Shown: in pieces, positions 17,352 through 27,106 of the stretch
Position numbering within the stretch: the stretch's first letter is position 1
Layout: every line of letters starts with the position of its first letter
Assembly (NCBI GenBank): GCA_024637035.1
Contig: JAGXFW010000025.1
Location: forward strand, 11,626 to 75,625
Length of the DNA: 64,000 nt
DNA from: Actinomycetes bacterium
GTDB taxonomy: Bacteria; Actinomycetota; Thermoleophilia; RBG-16-64-13
Reading direction: 5' to 3'
Made by a program: the position numbers and the translations under genes
The notes under the pieces: generated by a model
Seen by the model: only the letters and a program-made list of their open reading frames with translations
Database searches by the model: none
Told to the model about the DNA's origin: nothing

Positions 17352-18827
17352 TTAGGCGTTCGGTGACTCTGGGAAGAACGGCGGGAGTTGATACTCGCCA
17401 CCGGCCAGAGCGGGTGGCCAGATCGTCACGAGACGGCCGTAGTCGTCAGGCGTGCCGGGAAGCACGAAGCTGTCCGCCGGAGCGATCTCTTTCGGCTGCC
17501 ATTGAGTCATCGGATTGAGCGTCGAACTCATCCAAAGCCCTTCCCCACGTGTGGGATCGGCCTTCGCCCGCTCGGCCTCGTCGATAGGCATGGCCCACGT
17601 GTGGGGCCAAATCCCCTCGCCCGGACCGTAGAATCCGCCGGCGACTGGGGCGTCTGGGTAGTAGGTCATCTCGAGTTCCTTTATGACCGCGTCAGTCTCG
17701 ATGGTGCCCGCCCGCTCCACAGCTTCCTGGTATGCCTTGATCCCACGCCACGTGCACTCGCCCAGCCACATGGGCGTCCTCGGGTCGTCGGAGTACGTTG
17801 TGAACCATTCGGTGAGGAAATCGCGCCACTCGGGGCTGTGCTTTTCGAGGCTTCCCCAAGTCGAGGTGGTAGCCATCGGGCCCCAGGCGCCGTTGCTTCT
17901 CTCCCAATACCCATAGTCGTTCAGGATGCCGTTGTGGCCGAACATGGCGATCGGCACCTTGGAGTCCCAGGCTTGGTTCGCCAACTTCTCCCCGAAGACC
18001 GAGATCATGGTCCAGATCATCTGCGCGCCGGCCTTCTCCGCATTTCTGAAATAGGGCGTCAGATCTTCGACATCCAGCGGCACTACGTCGATGCCTACGA
18101 TCTCGAAGCCCTTCTGTGGAGCCGAATCCTTGAAGTACTGTTCGATCCCTTCCGTCCACACCATGTCTTCTCTGATCATGTACGCCTTGTTCCAGCCGAA
18201 CTTCTCTTTCAGCATGATGGCCGGTTCCTCGACGCAGTAGTACAGACCGTCATCGATGGCGGTGAACATGAAGTAACCCTTGAACTTCTCGTAGTCATCC
18301 CGGACGTTGACCATGTGGCCTTGGGTGGACGCGAACATAGAGAGATACAACACGTCGGGATTCTGGCCGATCCTGCTGAGGAGTGCCGATTCGACGTTGT
18401 CGTCGGAACCGCTCAGGATGACGTGGACCCCCTCCTTGAGCAGCGTCTCGTAGGCGGTTATCGCCTGCGCGGTCTCCCAATGGTCGTCGATCGGGCCAAC
18501 GATCTCGATCTGCTTGCCGATGATCCCGCCGGCGGCATTGATCTTCTTGATCATCATCTCGGCCGGCCTCAGCACGTTCATGCCCGTGGGGTCTGCCATC
18601 GGGCCCATGATGCCGATCTTGATGACGTCGCCAGACGCGCCGGTGGTGCCGCTGGATCCTCCATCACCGCAACCAGCCAGGAGCCCGCCCACGCCGGTTC
18701 CAAGACCGATGGCGGCGCCAGCTACGCCCGCCGTCTTGAGGAACTGGCGGCGGCTCAGAGGCCTACCGCCGAGAAGTCGCTTGCTCAGATCAGAATCGAG
18801 GTCGGGTTTCTTCTCGCCGCTCCGCAT
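17352..18827 (-). CDS. HAAT ABC substrate-binding protein, Tat-exported lipoprotein
   Basis: SRRQFLK twin-arginine motif, LLAGC lipobox, IKIGIMGP...INAAGGIIGKQI fold signature; AGGAGG RBS. Confidence 0.88.
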   Translation of the reverse strand: MRSGEKKPDLDSDLSKRLLGGRPLSRRQFLKTAGVAGAAIGLGTGVGGLLAGCGDGGSSGTTGASGDVIKIGIMGPMADPTGMNVLRPAEMMIKKINAAGGIIGKQIEIVGPIDDHWETAQAITAYETLLKEGVHVILSGSDDNVESALLSRIGQNPDVLYLSMFASTQGHMVNVRDDYEKFKGYFMFTAIDDGLYYCVEEPAIMLKEKFGWNKAYMIREDMVWTEGIEQYFKDSAPQKGFEIVGIDVVPLDVEDLTPYFRNAEKAGAQMIWTMISVFGEKLANQAWDSKVPIAMFGHNGILNDYGYWERSNGAWGPMATTSTWGSLEKHSPEWRDFLTEWFTTYSDDPRTPMWLGECTWRGIKAYQEAVERAGTIETDAVIKELEMTYYPDAPVAGGFYGPGEGIWPHTWAMPIDEAERAKADPTRGEGLWMSSTLNPMTQWQPKEIAPADSFVLPGTPDDYGRLVTIWPPALAGGEYQLPPFFPESPNA

Positions 18828-18952
18828 CACTACCCTCCTGATTTCGGTGCCTCCGCATGGCGCACGGGGAGCCACAATCGTATCAACGGCTCGTATGGCC
18901 GGTCAACACGCCATCAGCCTCTCGCGGCCGCTGGCATCCGAAGCGGTGCCCC

Positions 18953-19690
18953 CTACTTCGCGCGCCCCAACAACCTCCGCCGAACCGCGGCTCCTTTTAG
19001 CCACTGGATGGCCTCGGTGGGGTTCAGCTCCTTCGGACAAGCTTCGACGCAGTTCGTTATGGTGTGACACCGGTACGAGCCGCGCTCGTTATCGAAGCGG
19101 GGCAAGCGTTCTTTGCGGGCCTCGTCGCGTGAATCCACCTCGAAGCGGTACGCCTTCAGTAGCGCTGCGGGGCCGAGGTAGTTGCCCTCACCCCACACCG
19201 AGGGACACGAGCTGTAGCAGCTGCCGCACAGGATGCAGTCAACGGGCATGTCGAGCTTCTTGCGGTCCTCCGGCGACTGGATGATCTCCTTCTCCGGCGG
19301 TGCGGAGTTCCTGATGATGTGCGGCATCACGGTCTCGTACTTGGCGAAGAAATCGGTCATGTCACACACCAGGTCTTTCACCACCGGCATGTGGGGCATC
19401 GGCTCCACCGTGATCGGCCCATCGTCCAAGTGGCGCACGTTGGTCTGGCAGGCGAGGCGATACGTGCCGTTGATGTACATGGCACACGACCCGCACACGG
19501 CCGCCCGGCAGCAGTAGCGGAACGAGAGAGAGCCGTCGAGGTTCTCCTGGATGTAGAAGAGGCCTTCGAGCACGGTGAGGCTCGACTCGTACGGCACGGT
19601 GAAGTCGTCGTACCGATCGTCGCCGGTGCCGTTCTGATCGTCGAGCTTCTCGGGATTGTGACGCTTGATGCGGAACGTGGCTTCGGGCAT
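18953..19690 (-). CDS. sdhB: Succinate dehydrogenase/fumarate reductase Fe-S subunit
   Basis: CRAAVCGSC, CILCGSCYSSCP and CHTITNCVEACP Fe-S motifs. Confidence 0.95.
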   Translation of the reverse strand: MPEATFRIKRHNPEKLDDQNGTGDDRYDDFTVPYESSLTVLEGLFYIQENLDGSLSFRYCCRAAVCGSCAMYINGTYRLACQTNVRHLDDGPITVEPMPHMPVVKDLVCDMTDFFAKYETVMPHIIRNSAPPEKEIIQSPEDRKKLDMPVDCILCGSCYSSCPSVWGEGNYLGPAALLKAYRFEVDSRDEARKERLPRFDNERGSYRCHTITNCVEACPKELNPTEAIQWLKGAAVRRRLLGRAK

Positions 19691-21396
19691 CAGTACTTCC
19701 GCTCCTGTGGTTCGAACATCCCCAGGCCCACGGCCTTGGCTTCAAGGCGGGGGCCACCGTCGGTCTGGTAGAAGGCGAGCGTATGCTTGAGCCAATTCGC
19801 GTCATCACGATCCGGGAAGTCGGTGCGCGAGTGCGAGCCGCGTGACTCCGTGCGGGCGAGGGCCCCCGCGGCGATGCCGAGAGCCACATCCACCATGCCC
19901 TCGAGTTCGAAGGTGCGGATCATGTCCAGGTTGAACACGCCCCCCGCATGCCGCAGTTCCGCCTCCTTGACGCGCACCTTGAGATCCAGCATCTTGTCCA
20001 GCCCCGCCTGCATCACCGAGGCTTCGCGGAACACACCGAAGTGCTCCTTCATGGTCGAGGTCATGGCCGCACGGATGGCGTAGGGATCCTCGCCGCCCTC
20101 GCGGTTCGCGAGGTTCCGCACGCGATCGCGAACATCGGCCAGAGCCTCCTCACCCGCGGCGGCGCTCCCGCCGAGATCTTCGAGCCCATCGATGTACTGG
20201 GCCGCCGCCGCACCCGTCCGCCGCCCGAACACCACCGTCTCGAGCAGTGAGTTGCCGCCGAGCCGGTTCGCCCCGTGCACCGAGACACAGGCGCACTCCC
20301 CAGCCGCGTACAGGCCGGGCATAGAGGTCCGGCCGTCCATGTCGGTGTCGATACCACCCATGGAGTAGTGTTGGCTCGGAACGATCGGGATGGGCTCCTC
20401 GATCGGGTCGACGCCTTCGAAGTGAATGGCGAGGTCGCGGATGCCGGGCAGCTTCTCCAAGATCTTCGGGGCTCCAAGGTGACGCAGGTCGAGGTAGACG
20501 TAACCCTTCCCGTCGATACCGCGGCCCTCGTTGATCTCGGTCTGGATCGAGCGCGAGGTGATGTCGCGCGGTGCAAGCTCCATAGCCTTCGGCGCGTACT
20601 TCTGCATGAAACGCTCGCCGAGGCCGTTCAGCAGGTAGCCCCCCTCACCGCGGGCGCCCTCGCTCATGAGGATGTTCGTCGTGAGCAGGCCGGTGGGATG
20701 GAACTGCACGAACTCGAGGTCTTTGAGAGCGACTCCCGCGTGGTACGCCATCGCCATGCCGTACCCGGTGGAGATGATCGCATTGGTAGAGTTGCTGTAC
20801 ACCCGGCCCGCCCCGCCGGTGGCGATCACCACAGCTTCGGCCTGGAAGAGCTCGAACGTGCCTCCGACCATGTCGTAGGCGACGACCCCGCGACACACCC
20901 CCTCATCGACCACAAGGCGGGCGACGAACCACTCCACGTACATGGGCACACCGGCCTCGATGGCCTGCTCGACCATGGTGTGAAGCATGTAGTGCCCGGT
21001 CTTGTCGGCCCCGTAGCAGGTGCGTGGGTAGCCGGCGCCGCCGAAGGGGCGCTGGGCGATGCGGCCGTCATCGAAGCGGGAGAAGGGGCATCCGGCATGA
21101 TCAAGTTCGTAGATCACCGGGATCGCGTCCTTGGTCATCTGAGCGACGGCGTCCTGGTCGGCCAGATAGTCGGAACCCTTCACCGTGTCGAACGCGTGCT
21201 TCTCCCATGTGTCGTCGGCCGAATCCGGGTGATTGGCAAGCGCCGCGTTCACCCCACCTTGGGCCGCACCGGAGTGGCTCCGGCCCGGCCATACCTGCGA
21301 GACGATGGCCACATCGATGCCCTGCTTCTTGGCCTCGATCGCCGCGCGAAGGCCGGCAAGGCCCCCACCCACGATCACAAGCTCGTGATAGATCAT
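19690..21396 (-). CDS. sdhA: Succinate dehydrogenase/fumarate reductase flavoprotein subunit
   Basis: RSHSGAAQGG (covalent FAD His), QFHPTG, SEGARGEGG, HGANRLGGNSL. Confidence 0.96.
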   Translation of the reverse strand: MIYHELVIVGGGLAGLRAAIEAKKQGIDVAIVSQVWPGRSHSGAAQGGVNAALANHPDSADDTWEKHAFDTVKGSDYLADQDAVAQMTKDAIPVIYELDHAGCPFSRFDDGRIAQRPFGGAGYPRTCYGADKTGHYMLHTMVEQAIEAGVPMYVEWFVARLVVDEGVCRGVVAYDMVGGTFELFQAEAVVIATGGAGRVYSNSTNAIISTGYGMAMAYHAGVALKDLEFVQFHPTGLLTTNILMSEGARGEGGYLLNGLGERFMQKYAPKAMELAPRDITSRSIQTEINEGRGIDGKGYVYLDLRHLGAPKILEKLPGIRDLAIHFEGVDPIEEPIPIVPSQHYSMGGIDTDMDGRTSMPGLYAAGECACVSVHGANRLGGNSLLETVVFGRRTGAAAAQYIDGLEDLGGSAAAGEEALADVRDRVRNLANREGGEDPYAIRAAMTSTMKEHFGVFREASVMQAGLDKMLDLKVRVKEAELRHAGGVFNLDMIRTFELEGMVDVALGIAAGALARTESRGSHSRTDFPDRDDANWLKHTLAFYQTDGGPRLEAKAVGLGMFEPQERKY

Positions 21397-21412
21397 CCGC
21401 TAGTCCCTTTCC

Positions 21413-21799
21413 CTATGCGGTCAGCCATGGCCACAGTGCCCACGCGCCGTAGCCGAAAGCGGCCACGCCGAAGACGAAGAGCCCCCAGCTGAGCATGGTC
21501 TTACTTCGTCCTGAGAAGCCGTAGTCGAGCAGCACCATCCGCAACCCGTTCAGGGCGTGGAAGATGCCCGCGCCGAGAAGGGCGAAGTCCACCACGACGA
21601 ACAACGGCATGGCCAGACGGCCGGCCACGTTGTCGTAGGAGAGTTCCCCCAGATTCAATACGTGGGTGGCTACGATGTGCACGGCGAGCCCCACGATGAG
21701 CACCACCGCCGTCAACCGCTGGAGGAGCCACAACCACATGCCTCCGGCGTTCTCTTCGATCACTCCCTGTCTCACCGATAGACTCCTGTCGGACGCCAT
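21413..21799 (-). CDS. sdhD: Succinate dehydrogenase membrane anchor subunit
   Basis: WLLQRLTA and HALNGLR motifs, 3 TM helices, operon position. Confidence 0.85.
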   Translation of the reverse strand: MASDRSLSVRQGVIEENAGGMWLWLLQRLTAVVLIVGLAVHIVATHVLNLGELSYDNVAGRLAMPLFVVVDFALLGAGIFHALNGLRMVLLDYGFSGRSKTMLSWGLFVFGVAAFGYGAWALWPWLTA

Positions 21800-21800
21800 G

Positions 21801-22199
21801 TCACGCGCCGTGCGAGGCGATGAACGATAGCGAGATATAGGCGAACACGGCCATGACGACCACGGAGATCGCGATGACCGCCCAGAACAGCGTCTTCTGT
21901 TGCCGGATCGCAACGCCCAGGTCGAACAACAGTACTCGGATACCGTTCAAGGCGTGGTAGACGACCGCCGCCAAGAGGAACAGGTCGAGCACGATGAAGA
22001 GTGGGCTCTCCAGAGTCTCGAACATCGTGTTGAACCCCTCGGCGCCCGTGGCCGCGCCTCGGGAGATGACCCAGATGTGGGCGAACAGATAGAGAGCGAG
22101 GGCCACGCCGCTCACCCGATGGAACAGCCAGGCCCACATGCCCGCGCCCTTCCAGAGACCGGCCCCTACATTGGCCGTCTCCCGGTCCTTCTGGCTCAA
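21801..22199 (-). CDS. sdhC: Succinate dehydrogenase cytochrome b556 subunit
   Basis: WLFHRVSGV and YHALNGIRVLLFD motifs, 3 TM helices. Confidence 0.88.
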   Translation of the reverse strand: MSQKDRETANVGAGLWKGAGMWAWLFHRVSGVALALYLFAHIWVISRGAATGAEGFNTMFETLESPLFIVLDLFLLAAVVYHALNGIRVLLFDLGVAIRQQKTLFWAVIAISVVVMAVFAYISLSFIASHGA

Positions 22200-22756
22200 G
22201 ACCCCACCTTCCTTTCGAACTGCATGCGCCCTTGCTCGTAAAGGTCGCCGCCGTGGATATCGTTCACCACGATCGCTGGGAACTCCACCACTTGCATCTC
22301 CCGGATGGCCTCGGGGCCTAGATCTTCATACGCGATCACCCGGGCCGCCTCGATACTCTGGGCGATGAGCGCGGCCGCACCACCCACCGCGGCCAGGTAC
22401 ACGGCCCGATTGCGCACGATGGCATCCTTGACGGCTTGGCTCCGGTACCCCTTACCTATCATCCCTTTGAGGCCCATGTCCAGCAAGACCGGCGTGTAGG
22501 CGTCCATGCGGCCCGACGTGGTGGGACCGGCCGAGCCGATGGGTCTGTCGGGTCGCGCGGGTGACGGGCCCACGTAGTAGATGATCTGTCCGGCCACATC
22601 TATCGGCAACGGCTCGCCCTTCTCGATGAGCTCCACCAGTCGCTTGTGAGCGGCGTCGCGCGCGGCGAGGATGGTGCCGGTGATGAGCACGCGGTCGCCC
22701 GCGCGCAGGTCGGAGATCACGTCATCGGTGAGAGGGGTCGCGACGGTCCTGTTCAT
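22196..22756 (-). CDS. Class I fumarate hydratase / Fe-S hydro-lyase beta subunit
   Basis: ARDAAHKRL, GPTTSGRMD and LGPEAI motifs. Confidence 0.92.
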   Translation of the reverse strand: MNRTVATPLTDDVISDLRAGDRVLITGTILAARDAAHKRLVELIEKGEPLPIDVAGQIIYYVGPSPARPDRPIGSAGPTTSGRMDAYTPVLLDMGLKGMIGKGYRSQAVKDAIVRNRAVYLAAVGGAAALIAQSIEAARVIAYEDLGPEAIREMQVVEFPAIVVNDIHGGDLYEQGRMQFERKVGS

Positions 22757-23601
22757 CAGATCACCACCTGCTTGTGTCGAGCCGAGTGACACTGGATGTT
22801 CACCGCCACCGGCAGCGACGCGATGTGCGCCGGAGCATCCTGCACGAACACGTCCATCACGGTGATGCGGCCGCCCAGCCCCTGCGGTCCGATGCCGAGG
22901 TCGTTGCAGCGCCGCTCGAGTTCGTCTTCGAGTTCGGCGAGGACCGGATCGGGGTTGCTCGAGCCCACCTCGCGCATGAGCGAGCGCTTGGCGAGCAACG
23001 CCGCACCTTCGAACGTACTGCCCACACCCACGCCCACCACCATGGGCGGGCAGGCATTGGGTCCGGCCTTGGCGACCGTATCGACCACGAAGTCAACCAC
23101 GCCGGGCCGCCCCTGCGAGGGCTTCAGCATCGAGAGGGCACTCATGTTCTCCGCACCGCCGCCCTTGGGAGCCAGCGTGATCTTCACCTGGTCGCCCGGC
23201 ACGATGCTGGTGTGCACCACGGCCGGGGTATTGTCGCCGGTGTTCTTCCGCTCGGTGAAAGGGGCAGTCACCGACGACTTGCGCAGGAAGCCGTCGCCGT
23301 AGCCTCGGCGCACCCCCTCGTCGATAGCGGACCCCAGGTCGCCGCCTGCGAAGTGCACGTCTTGCCCCACTTCGAGGAACACCACGGCCAGACCGGTGTC
23401 CTGGCACAGCGGCAGGTTCCCGCCTCGGGCGATGGTGGCGTTCTCGAGAAGTTGTCGGAACACGTCGCGCCCCGCCTCCGACTCCTCCTCGTCTACCGCC
23501 CGCTCGAAGAAGCCCACCACATCCTCACCGAGGTGGTAGCAGGCGTCGATCGCAAGCCGGGCGACGGCGTCACGGATCTCGGCGACATCTATCTCTCTCA
23601 C
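22756..23601 (-). CDS. Class I fumarate hydratase / Fe-S hydro-lyase alpha subunit
   Basis: PLCQDTG, KGGGAEN, ACPP and NIQCHSARH motifs. Confidence 0.92.
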   Translation of the reverse strand: MREIDVAEIRDAVARLAIDACYHLGEDVVGFFERAVDEEESEAGRDVFRQLLENATIARGGNLPLCQDTGLAVVFLEVGQDVHFAGGDLGSAIDEGVRRGYGDGFLRKSSVTAPFTERKNTGDNTPAVVHTSIVPGDQVKITLAPKGGGAENMSALSMLKPSQGRPGVVDFVVDTVAKAGPNACPPMVVGVGVGSTFEGAALLAKRSLMREVGSSNPDPVLAELEDELERRCNDLGIGPQGLGGRITVMDVFVQDAPAHIASLPVAVNIQCHSARHKQVVI

Positions 23602-23628
23602 TTCGCCACTCCTTCCGCGGAGAGCACC

Positions 23629-24861
23629 CTACTCGGCACAGGACAGGTCGATCATCTGCTCGGTATGACGCCGCACCTCTTCTGGATCCTTGGGGTCGCG
23701 GGCCTTGCCGTCTTCGATGGCGGCGCGGGCGACGGCGGCGGCCACGGCCGGCGCCACGCGAAGGTCGAACGCCTCGGGGATCACATGGTCCGGCGAGAGG
23801 TCGTCGCCAACCAGGTCGGCGAGCGCGTGGGCGGCGGCGATCTTCATGTTCTCGGTGATGTGCGTAGCCCGAACGTCGAGAGCACCGCGGAAGATGCCGG
23901 GGAACCCGAGCACGTTGTTCACCTGGTTCGGGAAGTCGCTTCGCCCGGTACCGACGACGGCGGCGCCCGCTTCGCGCGCCAAGTGGGGCATGATCTCGGG
24001 GTCGGGGTTCGCCATGGCGAAGATGATCGCATCCTTCTCCATGGAGCGGATCATGTCTTGCGTCACGGCGTCCTTCACCGACACGCCGATGAAGCAGTTC
24101 GAGCCCTCCATGGCGTCGGCGAGAGACCCGCACCTGTTCTCTTTGTTGGTGCGCTCCAGCATCTCGCGCTTCACGGGGTTCAGGTCGTCGCGCTCGGAGC
24201 AGACGATGCCCTTGCTGTCGACGAGCATGATGTCGCGCACGCCGAGGTCGAGCATGAGCTTGGTGCATGCGATGCCGGCGGCGCCCGCGCCGTTCACCAC
24301 GACGTGAAGATCGCTCAGTTCTCGTCCGGTGATGCGGCAGGCGTTGATGATGCCCGAGAGGCAGACCACCGCGGTGCCGTGCTGATCGTCGTGGAAGATG
24401 GGGATGTCTGTGGTCTCCTTCAGACGCTTCTCGATCTCGAAGCAGCGCGGGGCCGAGATGTCCTCAAGGTTCACGCCGCCGAACGAAGGCACGAGCAACT
24501 GAACGGTGCGCACGATCTCATCCGGATCCTGGGTATCGAGGCAGATGGGGAACGCGTCCACTCCGGCGAAGGCCTTGAAGAGCACGGCTTTGCCCTCCAT
24601 GACCGGCAGCGCGGCCTTGGGGCCGATGTTGCCGAGACCCAGCACCGCCGAACCGTCGGACACCACGGCAACCATGTTCCAGCGCCGGGTATACACGTCG
24701 ACCAAGTCGGGGTTCTTGTGGATCTCGCGGCACGGCTCGGCGACCCCGGGCGTGTAGGCCATCGACAGATCGTGCTTGCAGCCCGTCTGCACCCGGCTTA
24801 TGACTTCGATCTTCCCACGCCATTGTGTGTGCAGCTGCAGGGCCTCTTCCTGGATGTTCAC
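23629..24861 (-). CDS. NAD(P)-dependent malic enzyme
   Basis: AYTPGVA, MEGKAVLFK, FHDDQHGTA, NGAGAAG and GTGRSDFPNQVNN; GTG start after AAGGAGG. Confidence 0.94.
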   Translation of the reverse strand: MNIQEEALQLHTQWRGKIEVISRVQTGCKHDLSMAYTPGVAEPCREIHKNPDLVDVYTRRWNMVAVVSDGSAVLGLGNIGPKAALPVMEGKAVLFKAFAGVDAFPICLDTQDPDEIVRTVQLLVPSFGGVNLEDISAPRCFEIEKRLKETTDIPIFHDDQHGTAVVCLSGIINACRITGRELSDLHVVVNGAGAAGIACTKLMLDLGVRDIMLVDSKGIVCSERDDLNPVKREMLERTNKENRCGSLADAMEGSNCFIGVSVKDAVTQDMIRSMEKDAIIFAMANPDPEIMPHLAREAGAAVVGTGRSDFPNQVNNVLGFPGIFRGALDVRATHITENMKIAAAHALADLVGDDLSPDHVIPEAFDLRVAPAVAAAVARAAIEDGKARDPKDPEEVRRHTEQMIDLSCAE

Positions 24862-25273
24862 TCCGAGCCTCCTTGCTCCGGTCGTGGGGCCCGCGGCCCC
24901 CGATCCGCGCCGGCCCCTGGAATGCAGAAGATCCAGCAACCGACGCCCGCGATCTAAACGATCTCCTTCAGCATCGACGCTGGATCACCAGAGCTCCCAC
25001 CGCACCGGATTCCCGGGAGATAGACTCACCGGACCGGCGACGGCCGCCGTAGCGACAGCTATGTTCACGCGCACTTGCGCCTTGTGTAGTTCTAGCACAA
25101 TCCCCCTCCGAGCGCCACCCGCCCCTCCCGCCTTCTGGTCGCCGTCCGCCTTCAGAAGCCCCCCCGGCGCTTGCGACCGCACTCACAGGCGAGTAGACTC
25201 CGCGTACCTCGGCGGCGATCCATGGGATCGCCGTGCGGGCGTGACCAGTCACGGATCGGGGAATCGGGGGAAC

Positions 25274-26257
25274 ATGCGCGTCCTATCGGGCATCCAGCCA
25301 TCTGGACGGCTGCACATAGGCAACTACTTCGGGGCCATCCGGCAGCATCTTCACCTGCAGGCCGAGAACGAGGCCTTCTACTTCATGGCCAGCTACCACG
25401 CGCTCACCACCGTGCAGGACCCGAACGAGCTGCGGGCGCTCACGTTGGGGGTGGCCATGGACTACCTGGCGCTCGGCCTCGACCCACACAGCACGGCGCT
25501 GTTCGCTCAGCAGGACGTCCCCGCCGTGACCGAACTCACCTGGATCCTCTCCTGCGTCACGCCTGTGGGACTTCTCGAGCGGGCGGTGAGCTACAAGGAC
25601 AAGGTTGCCCAAGGGCTCATGGCCAATCACGGCCTCTTCGCATACCCCGTGCTGCAGGCCGCCGACATCCTCATCTACCTCTCGAACCTCGTGCCGGTGG
25701 GGCAGGACCAGAAGCAACACATCGAGATCACGCGCGATATCGCCGCCAAGTTCAACGCTCAGTTCGGCGAGATCCTGGTGATACCCGAACCGTACATCCT
25801 TGAGGAGACCGCCGTTGTACCGGGCGTCGACGGCCGCAAGATGTCGAAGAGCTACGGCAACGAGATCGGCATGTTCGAGGAAGGGAAAGCCCTCAAGAAG
25901 AAGGTGATGAGCATCGTCACCGACTCAGCGGGCGTCGCGGACGCCAAAGACCCCTCCGAGTCGACGCCGTATCTGCTCCTCAGCCTCATGGCATCCCCGA
26001 ACGAGACCAGGGAGTGGGCCGAGCGCTATGAGAACGGTGGGATGGGCTACGGTGAGGTGAAGAAACGTTTGCTCGAACTCCTCGACGACACGTTCGGCCC
26101 CTACCGCGAGCGCCGGCGGGAACTCGAGGCCGATCCGGCCTACGTGGCCGACGTGCTCGAAGACGGAGGCCGTCGGGCCCGTCTCGTGGCCAACGGTGTG
26201 ATGGAACAGGTGCGGGAAGCCGTGGGCCTGCCCATCTCCTACAAGCCCCCGCGATAG
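25274..26257 (+). CDS. trpS: Tryptophan--tRNA ligase
   Basis: SGIQPSGRLHIGNY (HIGH), YPVLQAADIL, VGQDQKQH and KMSKS. Confidence 0.96.
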   Translation: MRVLSGIQPSGRLHIGNYFGAIRQHLHLQAENEAFYFMASYHALTTVQDPNELRALTLGVAMDYLALGLDPHSTALFAQQDVPAVTELTWILSCVTPVGLLERAVSYKDKVAQGLMANHGLFAYPVLQAADILIYLSNLVPVGQDQKQHIEITRDIAAKFNAQFGEILVIPEPYILEETAVVPGVDGRKMSKSYGNEIGMFEEGKALKKKVMSIVTDSAGVADAKDPSESTPYLLLSLMASPNETREWAERYENGGMGYGEVKKRLLELLDDTFGPYRERRRELEADPAYVADVLEDGGRRARLVANGVMEQVREAVGLPISYKPPR

Positions 26258-26329
26258 ACGACCCGCGCCGATAGGCTCCGCAACCCCGGAGCCCCACGAC
26301 CGCCGAGTCGGCGATAGGAACGATGCAAC

Positions 26330-27007
26330 GTGACAACAGAAGCTGATAGCTTGGGGCGCGTCGAACTCTACGCCATGCGCCTGGAAGCGCTGCAGAGGCT
26401 GATCGCGGGCGTGGCCCACGAGATCAATAACCCACTCACCTCAGTGCAGGGCCTGGTGGCGCTCCTCGAGGGTGAGGTCGAAGACGAGCAGGCCCAACAG
26501 GACCTCAAGATCGTGGGCGGCGAGGTGCGTCGGGCGGTACAGATCATCAAGGGTCTGCGGGCATTCGCCGGTAGGATCGGCGAGGAGCCCCAACCGTGTT
26601 CCCTGGGTCACATCGTGAACGTGGTGACGGACGCTCGCGGCTACGAGACGCGCGCGAAGGGCATCGACCTCCTCGTGGCCTCCGCGCCCGATCTGCCCTT
26701 CGTCATGGCGGCGCCGCCCGACCTGCATCAGCTCGTGCTCATGCTCCTGCTCCGGGCGGAGGAATCTGCCGTGGGCATGATGCGCCTAGAGGGTTCCCCA
26801 CCTCAGGCCGTGAGCATCGCCGTGACCGTCGCCCCCCACGCGGTGCTCCTCACCGTGGATGACGGCGGGCCCCCTCCGGCGCCCGCCGCGGAGCACGTCT
26901 TGCGCGCATGCGCCCTCGCCGCCGCCGACCTCGGGGGGTCGCTCTCAGTGGAGGCGACGCCCGGGGGAGGCACCAGGGTCACGGTGACCCTTCCCGCGGG
27001 GCTCTGA
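26330..27007 (+). CDS. Sensorless histidine-kinase-like protein (HisKA domain plus degenerate ATPase domain)
   Basis: AGVAHEINNPL H-box intact; N and G boxes degenerate. Confidence 0.75.
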   Translation: MTTEADSLGRVELYAMRLEALQRLIAGVAHEINNPLTSVQGLVALLEGEVEDEQAQQDLKIVGGEVRRAVQIIKGLRAFAGRIGEEPQPCSLGHIVNVVTDARGYETRAKGIDLLVASAPDLPFVMAAPPDLHQLVLMLLLRAEESAVGMMRLEGSPPQAVSIAVTVAPHAVLLTVDDGGPPPAPAAEHVLRACALAAADLGGSLSVEATPGGGTRVTVTLPAGL

Positions 27008-27106
27008 CCCGCAGAACGAAGAACCGCCTCGCCTGCCGGGGGGAGCAGACGAGGCGGTATGGAGAGAGTGAGCGTTGGGACCGGCCCGGCCCCGAAACGT
27101 CGCAGA

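Noticed and set aside
25082-25100. Rex-like box TTGTG-N9-CACAA upstream of the malic enzyme operon
   Set aside because: The spacer is one base longer than the Rex consensus and the inner positions do not match.
25100-25273. T-box or Trp leader peptide upstream of trpS
   Set aside because: No T-box consensus and no tandem Trp-codon leader found.
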